From Camelus dromedarius (Eukaryota), in NCBI RefSeq assembly GCF_036321535.1, contig NC_087447.1, positions 44,394,001 through 44,458,000 of the forward strand: DNA of 64,000 nt, written 5' to 3'. Below, piece after piece: positions 1 through 11,700 of this stretch (the first letter of the stretch is position 1; the number at the start of each line of letters is the position of its first letter). Made by a program: the position numbers and the translations under genes. Below the pieces are notes generated by a model that was not told the origin of the DNA, ran no database searches, and worked only from the letters and a program-made list of their open reading frames with translations.

Positions 1-2030
1 AGACTGTCCTTTACCCCATTGGATTGCCTTGACTCCTTTCTCAAGAGAAGTTGACTATATTTGTGTGGTCTATTTCTGGATCTTCTTTGCAGTTCATCAG
101 TTCTGTTTGTCTAGCCTTTTGCCAGTATCACACTTCCTTGATTACTTTATAGCTTTATAGTAAGTCTTGAAGTCTGGGGTTGTCACTGCTCTGACTGTGT
201 TCTTCCTCCAATATTGTGTTGGCTATTCTTGGTCTTTTGCCTTCCTTATAAACTTTAGAATTAAGTTGTTGATATCCACACAATAACTTGCTGGTGTTTT
301 GAATGAGATTGCATTGTCTCTATAGATTAATTTGGGAAAAACTTATGTCTCAGTGTTAGACATGAAATATCTCTCCATTTATGTAGATAGTCTTTTGATT
401 TGTTTCATCAGAGTTTTGTAGTTTTCCTTATATAGATCTTGCACATATTTTATTAGGTTCATACTTAAGTATTTCTTCTTTTGGAGGGGGAGGGTGCTAA
501 TGTAAATGGTATTGGGTTTCTAATCTCAAATTCCAATTGTTTATTGCTGGTATATTTAAAAAAACAGTAATTTGTGTTAACCCTTGTATCCTGCAATTTT
601 TACTACGTTCACTTATCAGCTACAGGAAATTTGTTCATTCTCTGGAGTTTTTTATATAGACAATCATGCTGTCATCTACAAACAAAGACAGTTTTATTTC
701 TTCCTTCCCAATCTGTATTTTTCATTTCAGTTTCTTATCTTCCACAGGATGTGTAATAGGAGTGATGAGAGGGGATATCTTCACCTATTCCTTTTTTAAG
801 GAAAGCTTCTAGGTTCTTAACATTAAGTATGATGTTAACAGTAGGTTTTTTGCAAATGTCTCTTAGCAAGATCAGAAATCTCCCCCCTACTCCTAGTTTT
901 CTCAGATTTTTATGTGTTGGATTTTGTCAAATGGTGTTTCTCCATATATTGATAAGATCATGTGATTTTTCTATTAGTCTGTTGTGCCATATTACATTAA
1001 CTGATTCTTTATGTTGAATCAACTTTGCATACCTGAGATAAATCCCATTTGGCTGTGGTGTATAATTCTTTTATACATTGTTAGATTTAATTTGTTAATA
1101 TTTTTTCATGAGAGATACAGGTTTGTAGTTTTCTTTCTTGTAATGTCCCTGACTGATTGTGGAGTAACAGTGACCTCATAAACTAAATTAGGAAGTATTC
1201 CCTCTGCTTCTGTCCTCTGAAAGGGATTATAGATATTTGGTACAATTTCTTCCTTCAATGTTTGGTAGAGTTCACCAGTGAATCTCATTAGAACTGATGC
1301 TTTCTGTTGTGGTGGTTGTTAAATGTTGATTCAATTTTTTAATACATAAAAGCCTATTCAGAGTATCTATTTCTTTTCATATATTCTTTGTAGCACCTAT
1401 GTCTTTCAAGGAACTGGCACACTTTATCAAATTTGTGAGCAAACAGTTGGTCATAGTACTCCTTTTTTCATCCTCTTAAAGTCTGTAATATTAGTATTCA
1501 TTACACCCATTTTATTTCTGATATTAGAAATTTGTGTCTTATCTCTTTTTTCATAGTCTGAATTATCAGTTTTGTTCACATTTTCAAAGTATCAAATTAT
1601 GGTTTTATTGTTTTTCTCTATTGATTTCTTCTTTTCAATTTTGCATTTACTTTAGTTTTCATCATTTCTTTTCTCCTGTTTGTATTTTTTAATTCAATTT
1701 AATATAATTTTTTTGCAGTAGAAGGTAATTAGATTTATTTATTTATTTATTCATTCATTCATTCATTTAAAGTGGTGGTACTGGGAATTGAACCCAGGAA
1801 CTAGTCCATGCTAAGCATGAGCTCTACCACTGATCTACACCCTCCCCATACTCCTGTTTATTAGGATTTAGTTGTCTCCTCATTTCCTAAAGTAGAAACT
1901 TAAATTGCTGATTTCAGATCTCTATTCTGTTCTTGTATATGCATTCAATGTAAATTTCCCTCTAAGCACTGTTTGCACTGTATCCTACAAATTCTGAAAA
2001 GTTGTATAATCAAGTGTTTTTATTATTTCA
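1..2030 (-). mobile_element. Old LINE-1 ORF2 remnant
   Basis: T-rich + strand with L1 ORF2 antisense motifs; ORF 1106-1288 (FTGELYQTLKEE...EAEGILPN) is a decayed RT fragment. Confidence 0.8.
1685..1847 (-). mobile_element. tRNA-derived SINE (vic-1-like, camelid type)
   Basis: Reverse strand GGGGAGGGTGTAGATCAGTGGTAGAG...GGGTTCAATTCCCAGTACC with A/B boxes, (AATG)n(AAAT)n-CTAATTACC tail, and flanking ctcctgttt repeats. Confidence 0.75.
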
Positions 2031-2189
2031 CTTTTCCTCTGATAGTTTGGCAGTTACACATTCTTTACTCTTTTATGTGAGATTATACTAGAAATTGCAA
2101 CATACATTTTACTTAACAAAAGCTACCAAAGTTAATAAAATCTGTGATCTTCCTCCCAAACTGCAAGGACCTGAGGGCCTTTGTACCCT

Positions 2190-5100
2190 TGAACAACATC
2201 TCCCTAATCCACAACTTCCAACCCCTGTAAACCACCATTCTACTCTGTTTTTACAAATGTGGCTTTTTTAGATTCTAAATATAAGGATTTTTGTTTGACT
2301 TACTTCACTTAACATAATGCTCTCAAGGTCCATCTATGTTGTCACACACAAACAGCAGGATTTCCTTCTTTCTCATGACTGAATAATATTCCATTGTGTG
2401 TGTGTGTGTAGGGGGGTGTATCACACCCCATTTATTCATTAAGCCATGGACTGATGCTTAGGCTGTTTCCATATTTTCGCTATTGTGAATAATGCTGCAA
2501 TAAACATGAGAGTTCATATATCTCTTCAATATTCTGTGTTCACTTCCTTTGGATATATACTCAGAAGTGGAATTGCTGGATAATATGGAAGTCTTATTTT
2601 TAATTTTTGAGGAAACTCCATCATCTTTTCCACAGCAGCTGACCAACATGCATTCCCAGCAATAGTACACAAAGGTTCCCTTTTCTCCACAGCCTCACCA
2701 GCACTATCTGCTGTCATCTTGATGAAAGCCGTTTCAACAGGTGTTAAGTGGTTTCACATTCTGGTTTGATTTCCATTTCCCTGGTGATTAGTAATGTTGA
2801 TCACTTCACACCTGTGACCATGACTGTTTTACCTCTTCCTTTCCAATTTGGATGTGATTTTCCCTACATTTATCCCTAGAATATTTACTGTACCAAGTCT
2901 TATATTTAAGTCTTTAATCCACTTGGAGTTAATTTTTGTAACACATGGGCCCAATTTCATTTTTCTGCATGTGCTCACCCAGTTTCCCAGTACCATTTTC
3001 GAAAGGACTAAACTTTCCCCTTGAGTGTTCTTGGCTCTCTTGTCAAATATCAGTTGACTGTATATCCAAGGGTTTATTTCTGGGATCTCTACTCTGCTTC
3101 ATTGGTCTATGTCTTTTTTATACCAGTACCACAAGATTTTAATTACTACAGCTTTGTACTATAGTTTGAAATCAGGAACTGTGATGTCGCTGGCTTTGTT
3201 CTTTCTCACAATAGCTCTGGCTATTTTGAGGTCTTTTGTAGTTCTACACAAATTTAAGGATTTTTTTTTTATTTCTATGAAACATGCCATTGGAATTATG
3301 ATAAGGATTGCACTGAATCTATAGATGGCTTTGGGTGATATGGACATTTTAACAATATTAATTCTTCTAATCCATGAACATGGGTGTCTTTCCACTTGTT
3401 TGCACCTTCAATTTCTTTCAACAAAATCTTGTCATTTTCATCGTATAAATCTTTCACTTCCTTGGTTAAATTTATTCCTAAGTATTTTTTTGTTTTTGAT
3501 GTTATTGTGATTGCAATAGTTTCTTTATTTCTTTTACATGTTTCATTGTTAGTGTATATTAACACAACTGATTCCTCTATGCTGCTTTATATCCTGCAAA
3601 TCTATTGAACTTAATCATTGGTCCTAATACTTTTTTTAGTAGGCTTTAGGATTTATAAGATCATATCACCTGTAATCATGACCATTTTACTTCTTCCTTT
3701 CTAATTTGGACACCTTTTATTTCTCTGTCTTACCTAACTGCTCTAGCTAGGACTTCAAATAGCATACTAAATGAGAGTGGTGAGAGTGAGCACTCGTTCC
3801 TGATCTTAGAGGAATACATTTCAATTTTTCACCATTTAGTAAAATGGTAGCCTGTGAGTTGTTATACATGGTCTTTATTATGTTGAGTTATGTTCCTTTG
3901 CTGCCCAATTTATTCAGGATTTTTTATGATGAAGAGATGTTTTATTTCATCAAATGCTTTTTCTTCATCTGTTGCAATGATCATGTCATTTTTACATTTC
4001 ATTCTACTAAGGTGATATATTACACTTATTGATTGGTATATGTTGAAACTTGCTAGCATCCCAGGGATAAATCCCACTTGGTCCTGGTATGGAATCCTTT
4101 TAATGTGATCTTGAAATCAATTTGGTAATATTTTGCTGAGAATTTCTACATCTATATGATTAGGGATATTGGTCTATAGTTTGTTTGCAGTGTCCTCATC
4201 TGGCCTTGGTATCAGGGTAATAAGATGAGGTTGGGAATATTCTTTCATCAGTTTTTTTAGAAGAGTTTGAAAAGATTGGTGTTAATTCTTCTTTAAACAT
4301 TTGCTAGAATTTTCCAGTGAAGCCATCTAGTCCTGCGGCTGCCTGTGGAAAGACATTTTTGATTACCAAGTCACTCTCCTGACTCAGTGGTCTGTCCAGA
4401 TTTTCTAATGGTTCCTGATTCAGTCTTAGTAGGCTATATGTCTCTAAGTATATATCCATTTCTTCCAGGTTACCCAATTTCTTAGCATGTAATTATTTCA
4501 TAGTAGTCTCTCATGAATCCTTGTATTTCTGTGGTATGAATTTTAGTGTCTTTCATTAATAATTTTATTTATATAAGTCTCTTTCTTAGTCTGGCTAAAA
4601 TTTAATCATTGTGTATTTTTTCAAAAAACCATTTATTTGTTTCATTGATTTTTTTCTTTTGTTTTTCTGGTCTCTATTTTCACTCTTATCTTTGTTACTG
4701 GCTTACTTCAGCTAACTTTGGGCTTCATTTGTTCTTTTTCTAGTTCATTGAGATGCTGTTAGGTTTCTTTTTAGATTTTTTTTCTTCCCAATATATGTAT
4801 TTATTGTTAAAAAAAAAACATTCTTCTCAGAACATTTTTTGCAGTATACAATAGGTTTATGGTGTGTGTGCTGTGGTTCCATTTTCATTTGTTTTGAGAT
4901 TTTTTGTTCTATCCCATTTCATTGCCCCTTGAGCAGCTGGTTGTTCAGGGGTGCACTGTTTAATTTCCACGTATTTGTAAATTTTCCACACATCCTCTTG
5001 GTGTTGATTTCTAGTTTCATTCCATCGGTGTTGGAAAATACACTTAATGTAATTTCAGTCTTTGTACATTTGCTCAGATTTGTTTTATGTCCTATCATAG

Positions 5101-7240
5101 CTTCTATCCTGGAAAATATTTTGCACACACTTCAGAGGAATGTGTATGCTGCTACTGTTGCATGAAATGTTCTATAAATGTCTGTTTGATCCATTTGGTC
5201 TAATATATGTTTCAAATCCAATATTTCCTTACTGATTTTGTCTGGATGATATATATTCACTACTGAAAGTGGGGTACTGAAATCCCATTGTTATTCTATT
5301 TTTGCCTATTTCTCCCTTCAGATCTTTTAGTATTTGTTTAATATATTTAGGTGCTCTGATGATGAGTGTGTATGTATTTATGATAGCTGTATCTTTTGAT
5401 GAATTGATCCCTTTATCATTATATATTGACATTCTTTCTCTCCTAGTACCATTTATACCTTAAACTCTGTTTAGTCTGATATAAGAATTGCTACCCCTAC
5501 TTTCTCTTGCTTTCCACTTGCATGGATTATCTTTTTCCATCCCTTCACTTTGAGCCTGTTTATCTACTTGAAGCTAAAGTGAATCTCTTGTAGGCATTTC
5601 ACAGTTGGGTCTTGGTTTTTTCATTTATCAAGGCACTCTGTGCCTTTTGCTGAATTCAATCCATTTCTATTTAATTACTGATCTGTAAGGACTTACTAAT
5701 GACATTTTATTCAATTGCTTTCTTGTGGTTTTATATTTACATTTTTTCTTTTCCTTGTGTTTCTGCCTACCTTCATAAACTGGTGATTTTCTGTGGGGAC
5801 ATGCTGTTTCCACTTTCTCTATCTTCTGTGAATCTACTCTAGGTTTCTGCTTTGTGATTATCCTCAGGCTTCCATAAAAACAGCTCATAAATCAAATAGT
5901 CCATTTTAATTTGATAACAACTTAATTTTGTTCACCTACAAGAGCTCTATGCTTTCATCACCCCACTGCTTATTTTTAATGTCACAATTTACATATTTTA
6001 TGTTGTGTATTTATTATAATAGCTATGGTTATATTTTATACTCTTTTTCATTACCACATACTATAGTTAAATGGTTAACACATCATCCCAGTACAGAGGT
6101 AGATACTTCTAAATATATCTTTAATGGAGTTGAATGTTTTCATTTCACTAATTAGTGTCTTTTAGTTCCAGCTTGAAGAACTCTTTTAAGGAGTTCTTGC
6201 AAGGCCGGTCTGGTGATCATCAACTCCCTGAGCTTTTGCTTGTCTGGGAAAGACTTTATTTGTCTTTTATATGTGAAGGATAACTTTACTAGATGAAATA
6301 TCCTTCGCAGGCAATTTATATTTCTTTCAACACTTTGAATATGTCATTCCACTCTCTCTAACTTGTAGGGTTTCTGCTGGGAAATTCACTGTTTGCCTAA
6401 AGGGGGGAACTTACACATTATCATCTTTTTTCCTGACTGCTTTTCAATTCACTGTATTCTGATTTTTGACAGTTTCTTAATAATGTGTTAGAGAATGTTT
6501 CTTTGCATTGAGATAATAGGGTGCCCTATTAGTTTAGTGAGTTTGGAGAGCCTTTTCTCTTCTTGGATGTAGAATGTTCTCAGTTGATTTTCTTTAAATA
6601 AAAGTACTGCACCCTTCTCCCCTGCTTATTCTGAAATCCTGAATATTCCAATTTTTTTAACTGAATTTGATAGATCATGTTGGCATTACTAACGCTGCTT
6701 CTTTTTTCTTTTTTGCTTATTTTTTCCAAATTCCTGTCCTCTAACTCGCTTATTGGGTCTTCCCTTTACTCTGACGCACTTGCTGTCTCTTGCATTTTCC
6801 ATTTCATTCATTAAATTCTTCAGCCCCCAAAATGCTGTTTGCTCATTTTTTTTTATGATTTTTATCTCTTTAATAATTATCTCTTCTTGTTCACCTATTT
6901 TTCCCCAACTTCATTAAACTGCCTTTCTGAGTATTCTTATAAGATCATTGAGTTTCTTCAAAATAGCTGTTACGAAATCTTTATCAGTCAGGTTGCTGAA
7001 TCGGATGCCTTTGTGGTAGGTTACTAGAGAATTACTATCTTTCAGTGATGACATGTTTCCTTGATTTTTCATATCCATGTAGCTTAGCATTGTTGACATT
7101 CCATCTGAAGTAGTAGACACCTCCTTAAATCTTTGCTAGTTGACTACATGTGAGGTATTCTGTTTCTTAGTGGTGGTATATCTGGAGTTTTCTCTTTCTA
7201 TGGGTACATTAGCTCCACTCTTCTTGCTGTTTTTTATGGC
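2190..7240 (-). mobile_element. LINE-1 (3' UTR, ORF2 and ORF1 remnants, rearranged)
   Basis: Fragments such as [54 protein letters not shown] (ORF2) and DKDFVTAILKKLNDL (ORF1). Confidence 0.85.
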
Positions 7241-7249
7241 CAAATTCTT

Positions 7250-8657
7250 TTTTATGGAATTATATTTAATTTACAATACTATATTAGTTTCAGGTGTATA
7301 ACATACTGAGTCTACATTTTTATGGATTATATTGCATTCAAAGTTATAAAATAATGGCTATATTTTCCCATGCTGTACAATATATCCTTGCTGCTTATTT
7401 ATTTTATACATAGTAGTTTGTATCTTTTATTTTCATTATAAGCTATTACAAGGTACTGAATACAGTTCCCTATGTAGTTTTTATCTCTTAATCCCATACC
7501 CCAGTTTTGCTCCTACCTGTTCCCTCCCCCCTCTGATAACCACTAGTTTGTTTTCTATGTGTATGAGCCTGTTTCTATTTTGTTATATACATTCATTTCT
7601 TTAATTTTTTAGATTCCATACATAAGTGATAACACAGAGCATGTGTCCTTCTCTATCTGACTTATTATACTTAGCATAATATTCTCTACGTCCATCCATG
7701 TAGTTGCAAATGGCAATATTTCATTCTTTTTTTTTTATGGTGGAGTAATAGTTGATGTGTGTGTGATTGTGTGTGTGTGTGTGTGTATGACTTCTTCTTT
7801 ATAAATACATATATACTCTTTTATCCATACCTTCTTCAGCATTTATTATTTATAGACTATTTGATGATACCCATTCTTATCAGTGTGAGGTGATCCCTCA
7901 TTGTGGTTTTGATTTGCATTTTTCTAAAAACCATTGATGCCGAGCGTCTTTTCACGTGCCTGTTGACCATCTGTATGTGTTCTTGGAGAAATGTCTATGT
8001 AGGTCTTCTGCCTATTTTTTACTAATCTATTCCTTTAATGTAGCTCTCCAGTTCTCCAGCATCACTTATGAAAAGGACTCTCTTTTCTCCATAGAATACT
8101 TGCCTCCTTTGTCATAGATTAATTGACCATAAATGTATGGGTTTATTTATGGGCTATTCTTTTCCACTGACTTATGTGTCTGTTTTTATGCCAGGACTAT
8201 GTTGTTTTGATTACTGTCACTTTGTAGTATAGTCTGAATCAGGGACCGTGACCCCTCCAGCTTTGTTTTTTTTCTCAAGATGCTTTGGGAATTTGTGGTG
8301 TTTTGTGTTTCCAAATAAAATTTATGATTATTTGTTCTACATTTTAGAAAATGTCCTAGGTAGTTTGATAGTGACTGCATTAAATCTATAGGTTGCTTTG
8401 GGTACTATGGACACTTTAACATTAATTCTTCTAATCCAGGAACACAGGGTATCTTTCTATTTCTTTGTACCATCTCCAAATTCCTTCATCAATATTTTAT
8501 AGTTTTCAGAGTATATGTCTTTCATCTCCTTGGTTAATTTGATTCCCAGCTATTTTATTCTTTTTGATGTGGTCAAAAATGGAATTGTTCCCTCAATTTC
8601 TTTTACTGATAACTCATTAGAAGTGTATAGAAAAGCAACAGATTTCTGAAAATTGAT
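7250..8657 (-). mobile_element. 5'-truncated LINE-1 ending just upstream of the GVIN1 acceptor
   Basis: L1 3' UTR antisense followed by ORF2 remnants (INFQKSVAFLYTSNELSVKEI). Confidence 0.8.
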
Positions 8658-8688
8658 CACAGAGTTCTGTATAATAGTATGACATAGG

Positions 8689-8715
8689 CTAATTGAGTGT
8701 CTTTTCTTCCCCCAG
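8689..8715 (+). promoter_or_regulatory. Branch point, polypyrimidine tract and 3' splice site of the GVIN1 coding exon
   Basis: CTAAT at 8689-8693, then tgtcttttcttcccccAG ending at 8715, 2 nt before the ATG; implies upstream non-coding exon(s). Confidence 0.75.
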
Positions 8716-8717
8716 CC

Positions 8718-11700
8718 ATGGACACAGGAGATGATAATGAGCCCCTGCTCAGAGGCAAAAGGGGGCAAGATCTCCAAGGGAGGCTGAGAGAAGTAGGACT
8801 GGCAGTCGAGTTCTGGTTGCCAAAGCTGCAGGAACACCTGGGTGTGACCTGTGCCCAGGCCTTACAACACCTAGAAGAGGAAGATCTCCAGAAGCTGAAA
8901 TCCCTGACACAACATTCTTGGGAGAAGAAAGCCCTGGAGAGGTTGCTTAACCAGTCACACTCGAATAGTCTTTCACAGTTACAGGAGTGTCAGGTGAAAA
9001 CAATACAGAAAAAACAGAAGCAGGCAGAAGAGACTCTGCAGGAGCTAGAAGAGTTGCTTTCAGAAGGGAGGCAGAGGCAGGAAGAAGCAGTGAGGAAAAA
9101 GGAGGAAGAGCTGAGGCAGGCACTGGAAATCCCCAAAGAGTACTGGCCACCTCCTGAAAAGTCCCTCCAAGAAGTCACAGAAAACCTGCAGAAACAACTC
9201 AACCACACAGAGGGGACACTGTCTCACAGGAAAAACCTCCCAGATGGAGAGCTGGTGAGATATGCATCTGGAGGACTAGCCCTGCAGGGAATTTACAAAA
9301 CTAGTGACAAAGGGAGCCTGATAGAGAAGAGAGAGGAGCTACTCAGTGTCCCCAAGGAGTTCTCACTCTGTGGCCCACAGCAGGGTACACAGATGAAAAC
9401 AATAGAATTTACATCTTCTCAAGCAGAATCCATGTTCACTCAGACTATAGAGAAGCTGGGCTTCAGTGCAACTGCCTTAGCAAAGGGTGGAGGTTGGGGA
9501 TTAAGCCTAAAAGCTGGTATGGATCAGAAGAAAGACTCAGAATCTGAGGAAAGACGGCAGTCACATTCTAAGCACTCTTATTTCTGCTCAACCAAGTTCA
9601 ACTACATCCCGCTGGCCTCCTGCCACTTTGCTGTTGATCAGCTCCAATTCTCCAAGGCTGCTCTCCAGGAACTGAAATGCATTGAAGATCTTTTGGGTCA
9701 GCCCACAGACTCAGATAGACTTCCCTTGCTGAGGCGCAGGACTGAAGAATTCTTCCAAAGGTTTGGCTCTCATGCTAACCAGGGCCCTTTCCACCTGGGA
9801 GGAATCTACTGGTGGAAAGCCATTTCAGAGGGTTTCCAAAGTGAGCAGCTGGAAGCAGTCAAACAGCAGACAGCAGAGGCCCTGGATATTTATATAACGG
9901 GGAGCTACACTGGCTTTGGAGTGAAAGGTGCTGCAGGTGTGAATGTGTCACAGTCTCATTCAAAAATAGCCTCTCAGAGCTCAAGCTTACAAAATCTCCA
10001 AACCAAAGTGCAATTATCTGTGGTCCAGACAGGTGGTCCACCAGAAGCAAATGGCCTTTTACAGTGGAAAACTGGCCTGGTGGCCAATAATCAAACCTGG
10101 TGTGTCATTGACCGGGGAAATCAGCTGGTGCCCATTTGGGATATCATCCTTTCCAGCAACAGAAGTGATTTCAAGGATCCTTTTCAGGTAGCTAACTGCC
10201 TGAAACAGAGCTACACTGCTCTGACTGGGCTCACTGCCCAGATCCAGGAGGGAGAAGAATTACTGAATGCTGAGAAGACAGCTACTGTTTTCCTAGACAA
10301 TGTGAAATCCTGGGAGGTTTCCGATCCTGAAGAGCAGCTGAAAAAGCTGATACATTTCATGCAAATGTTGACTCAGAAAATAAAAAGTTATGACTTTTGG
10401 ATTCATAGATGCCTCACAGATTGGGGTCTACAAAATTTTCTAATAAATACTGTCAACTTTTGCAAAAAATCTTCTATTTATGGAACTGAATTTATCAAAT
10501 CTCAGTTGCGCAGCCTTTTGGATCCTCACATCTACAGAGTGTCAAACTTTCCACAGGCTGATTCCATTATGCAGTGGATCTTCCAGTCAGAGCCAGAACA
10601 AGAGCATGTCAACATCACCAAATTTTCTGAATTGATTAAAATCCTTGAAAAAAACAAGAATGACCTTATGGAAGGGAAGGCCAAATCTGAGTCCACAGAA
10701 TCAGTGGAAGAAGCTCAAGTAAAGGCTACTTATGAGGTCAGCGTTTCCCTTGGCTGCTTCTTGAATTACCTCCGAGAAACAGGGCAGCAAGACACACACA
10801 TCTTGCTACTTTCCATTGCAACTGGTGCAGGATATCATGGGGTAAACAATACTTTTCAGTATCTCCTGGGGTGTGATGAGTTAGACTTCCTACTGAATAA
10901 AATGCAAAGTGCCAAAGGTAAATACAAGGAGCTCAAAAATATTTGTGACTACAGGGCTCATGCATTCCTGGTACTCACAGGTTTGACAGCTACAGCTGGC
11001 ATCAAAGCTGTTTCTCCAGAGGAGAAAACACAACGCTTAGCATTGGTAAGACATCACATGGCACAATCTTTGTCTAAAGAAGTTGTACAACTCCTCTCCA
11101 AACCTGGAGCAGATCATAATTGGGAAAACCTAGAAAAAGACCTGAGATCGCTCATTGATGGGGATTATGGAGACACCATCTCTTCATTGCAAAGGGATGA
11201 GGTGAGAAAACAATTGCAAAGTCTCTTCTATGAAAAGAAACAGTCCCATAAATCACATGATAATGAAAATAACAAACACAAGGTCACAGAGAATCAAACC
11301 TTCCTAGAATTACTCCAGCGTCTAAACCTAGAACATTACTACCCAAAAAAAATGAGCACAGCTAACTTCCATCAGATCTACAAGAAGTCTGTGCACAATA
11401 CCCAGCCCTGCTCTGAAAGGGAGCTTCCCTTCTATTTCCTACAGAAGCTACTGATGCTGGATTATGGGCTTAGATACCTGATCATCAAAGATGGTGGATA
11501 CACAGAGAAGCAAGTCTATCCAAGCACCTCAAATCAAGAAAATGACACTTTTGATCCATATGAAGACCTTTTTGAAGACAATGATAGTCTCACTAATTCT
11601 TCAGCACCTAATGTGACGCCCTACATTCACCCTATGGATATTCAGATGGCAATTCTTTACTGTGCAGATGTTCTTTCCAGACAATATATTTTGGCCAAAC

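Noticed and set aside
8697..8717. ORF-track N-terminal extension MSFLPPA of GVIN1
   Set aside because: Starts at GTG within the polypyrimidine tract and acceptor; ATG 8718 has the Kozak context.
8733..8750. Dileucine sorting-like motif DNEPLL at the GVIN1 N-terminus
   Set aside because: Short, common pattern normally relevant to membrane-protein tails; no supporting evidence here.
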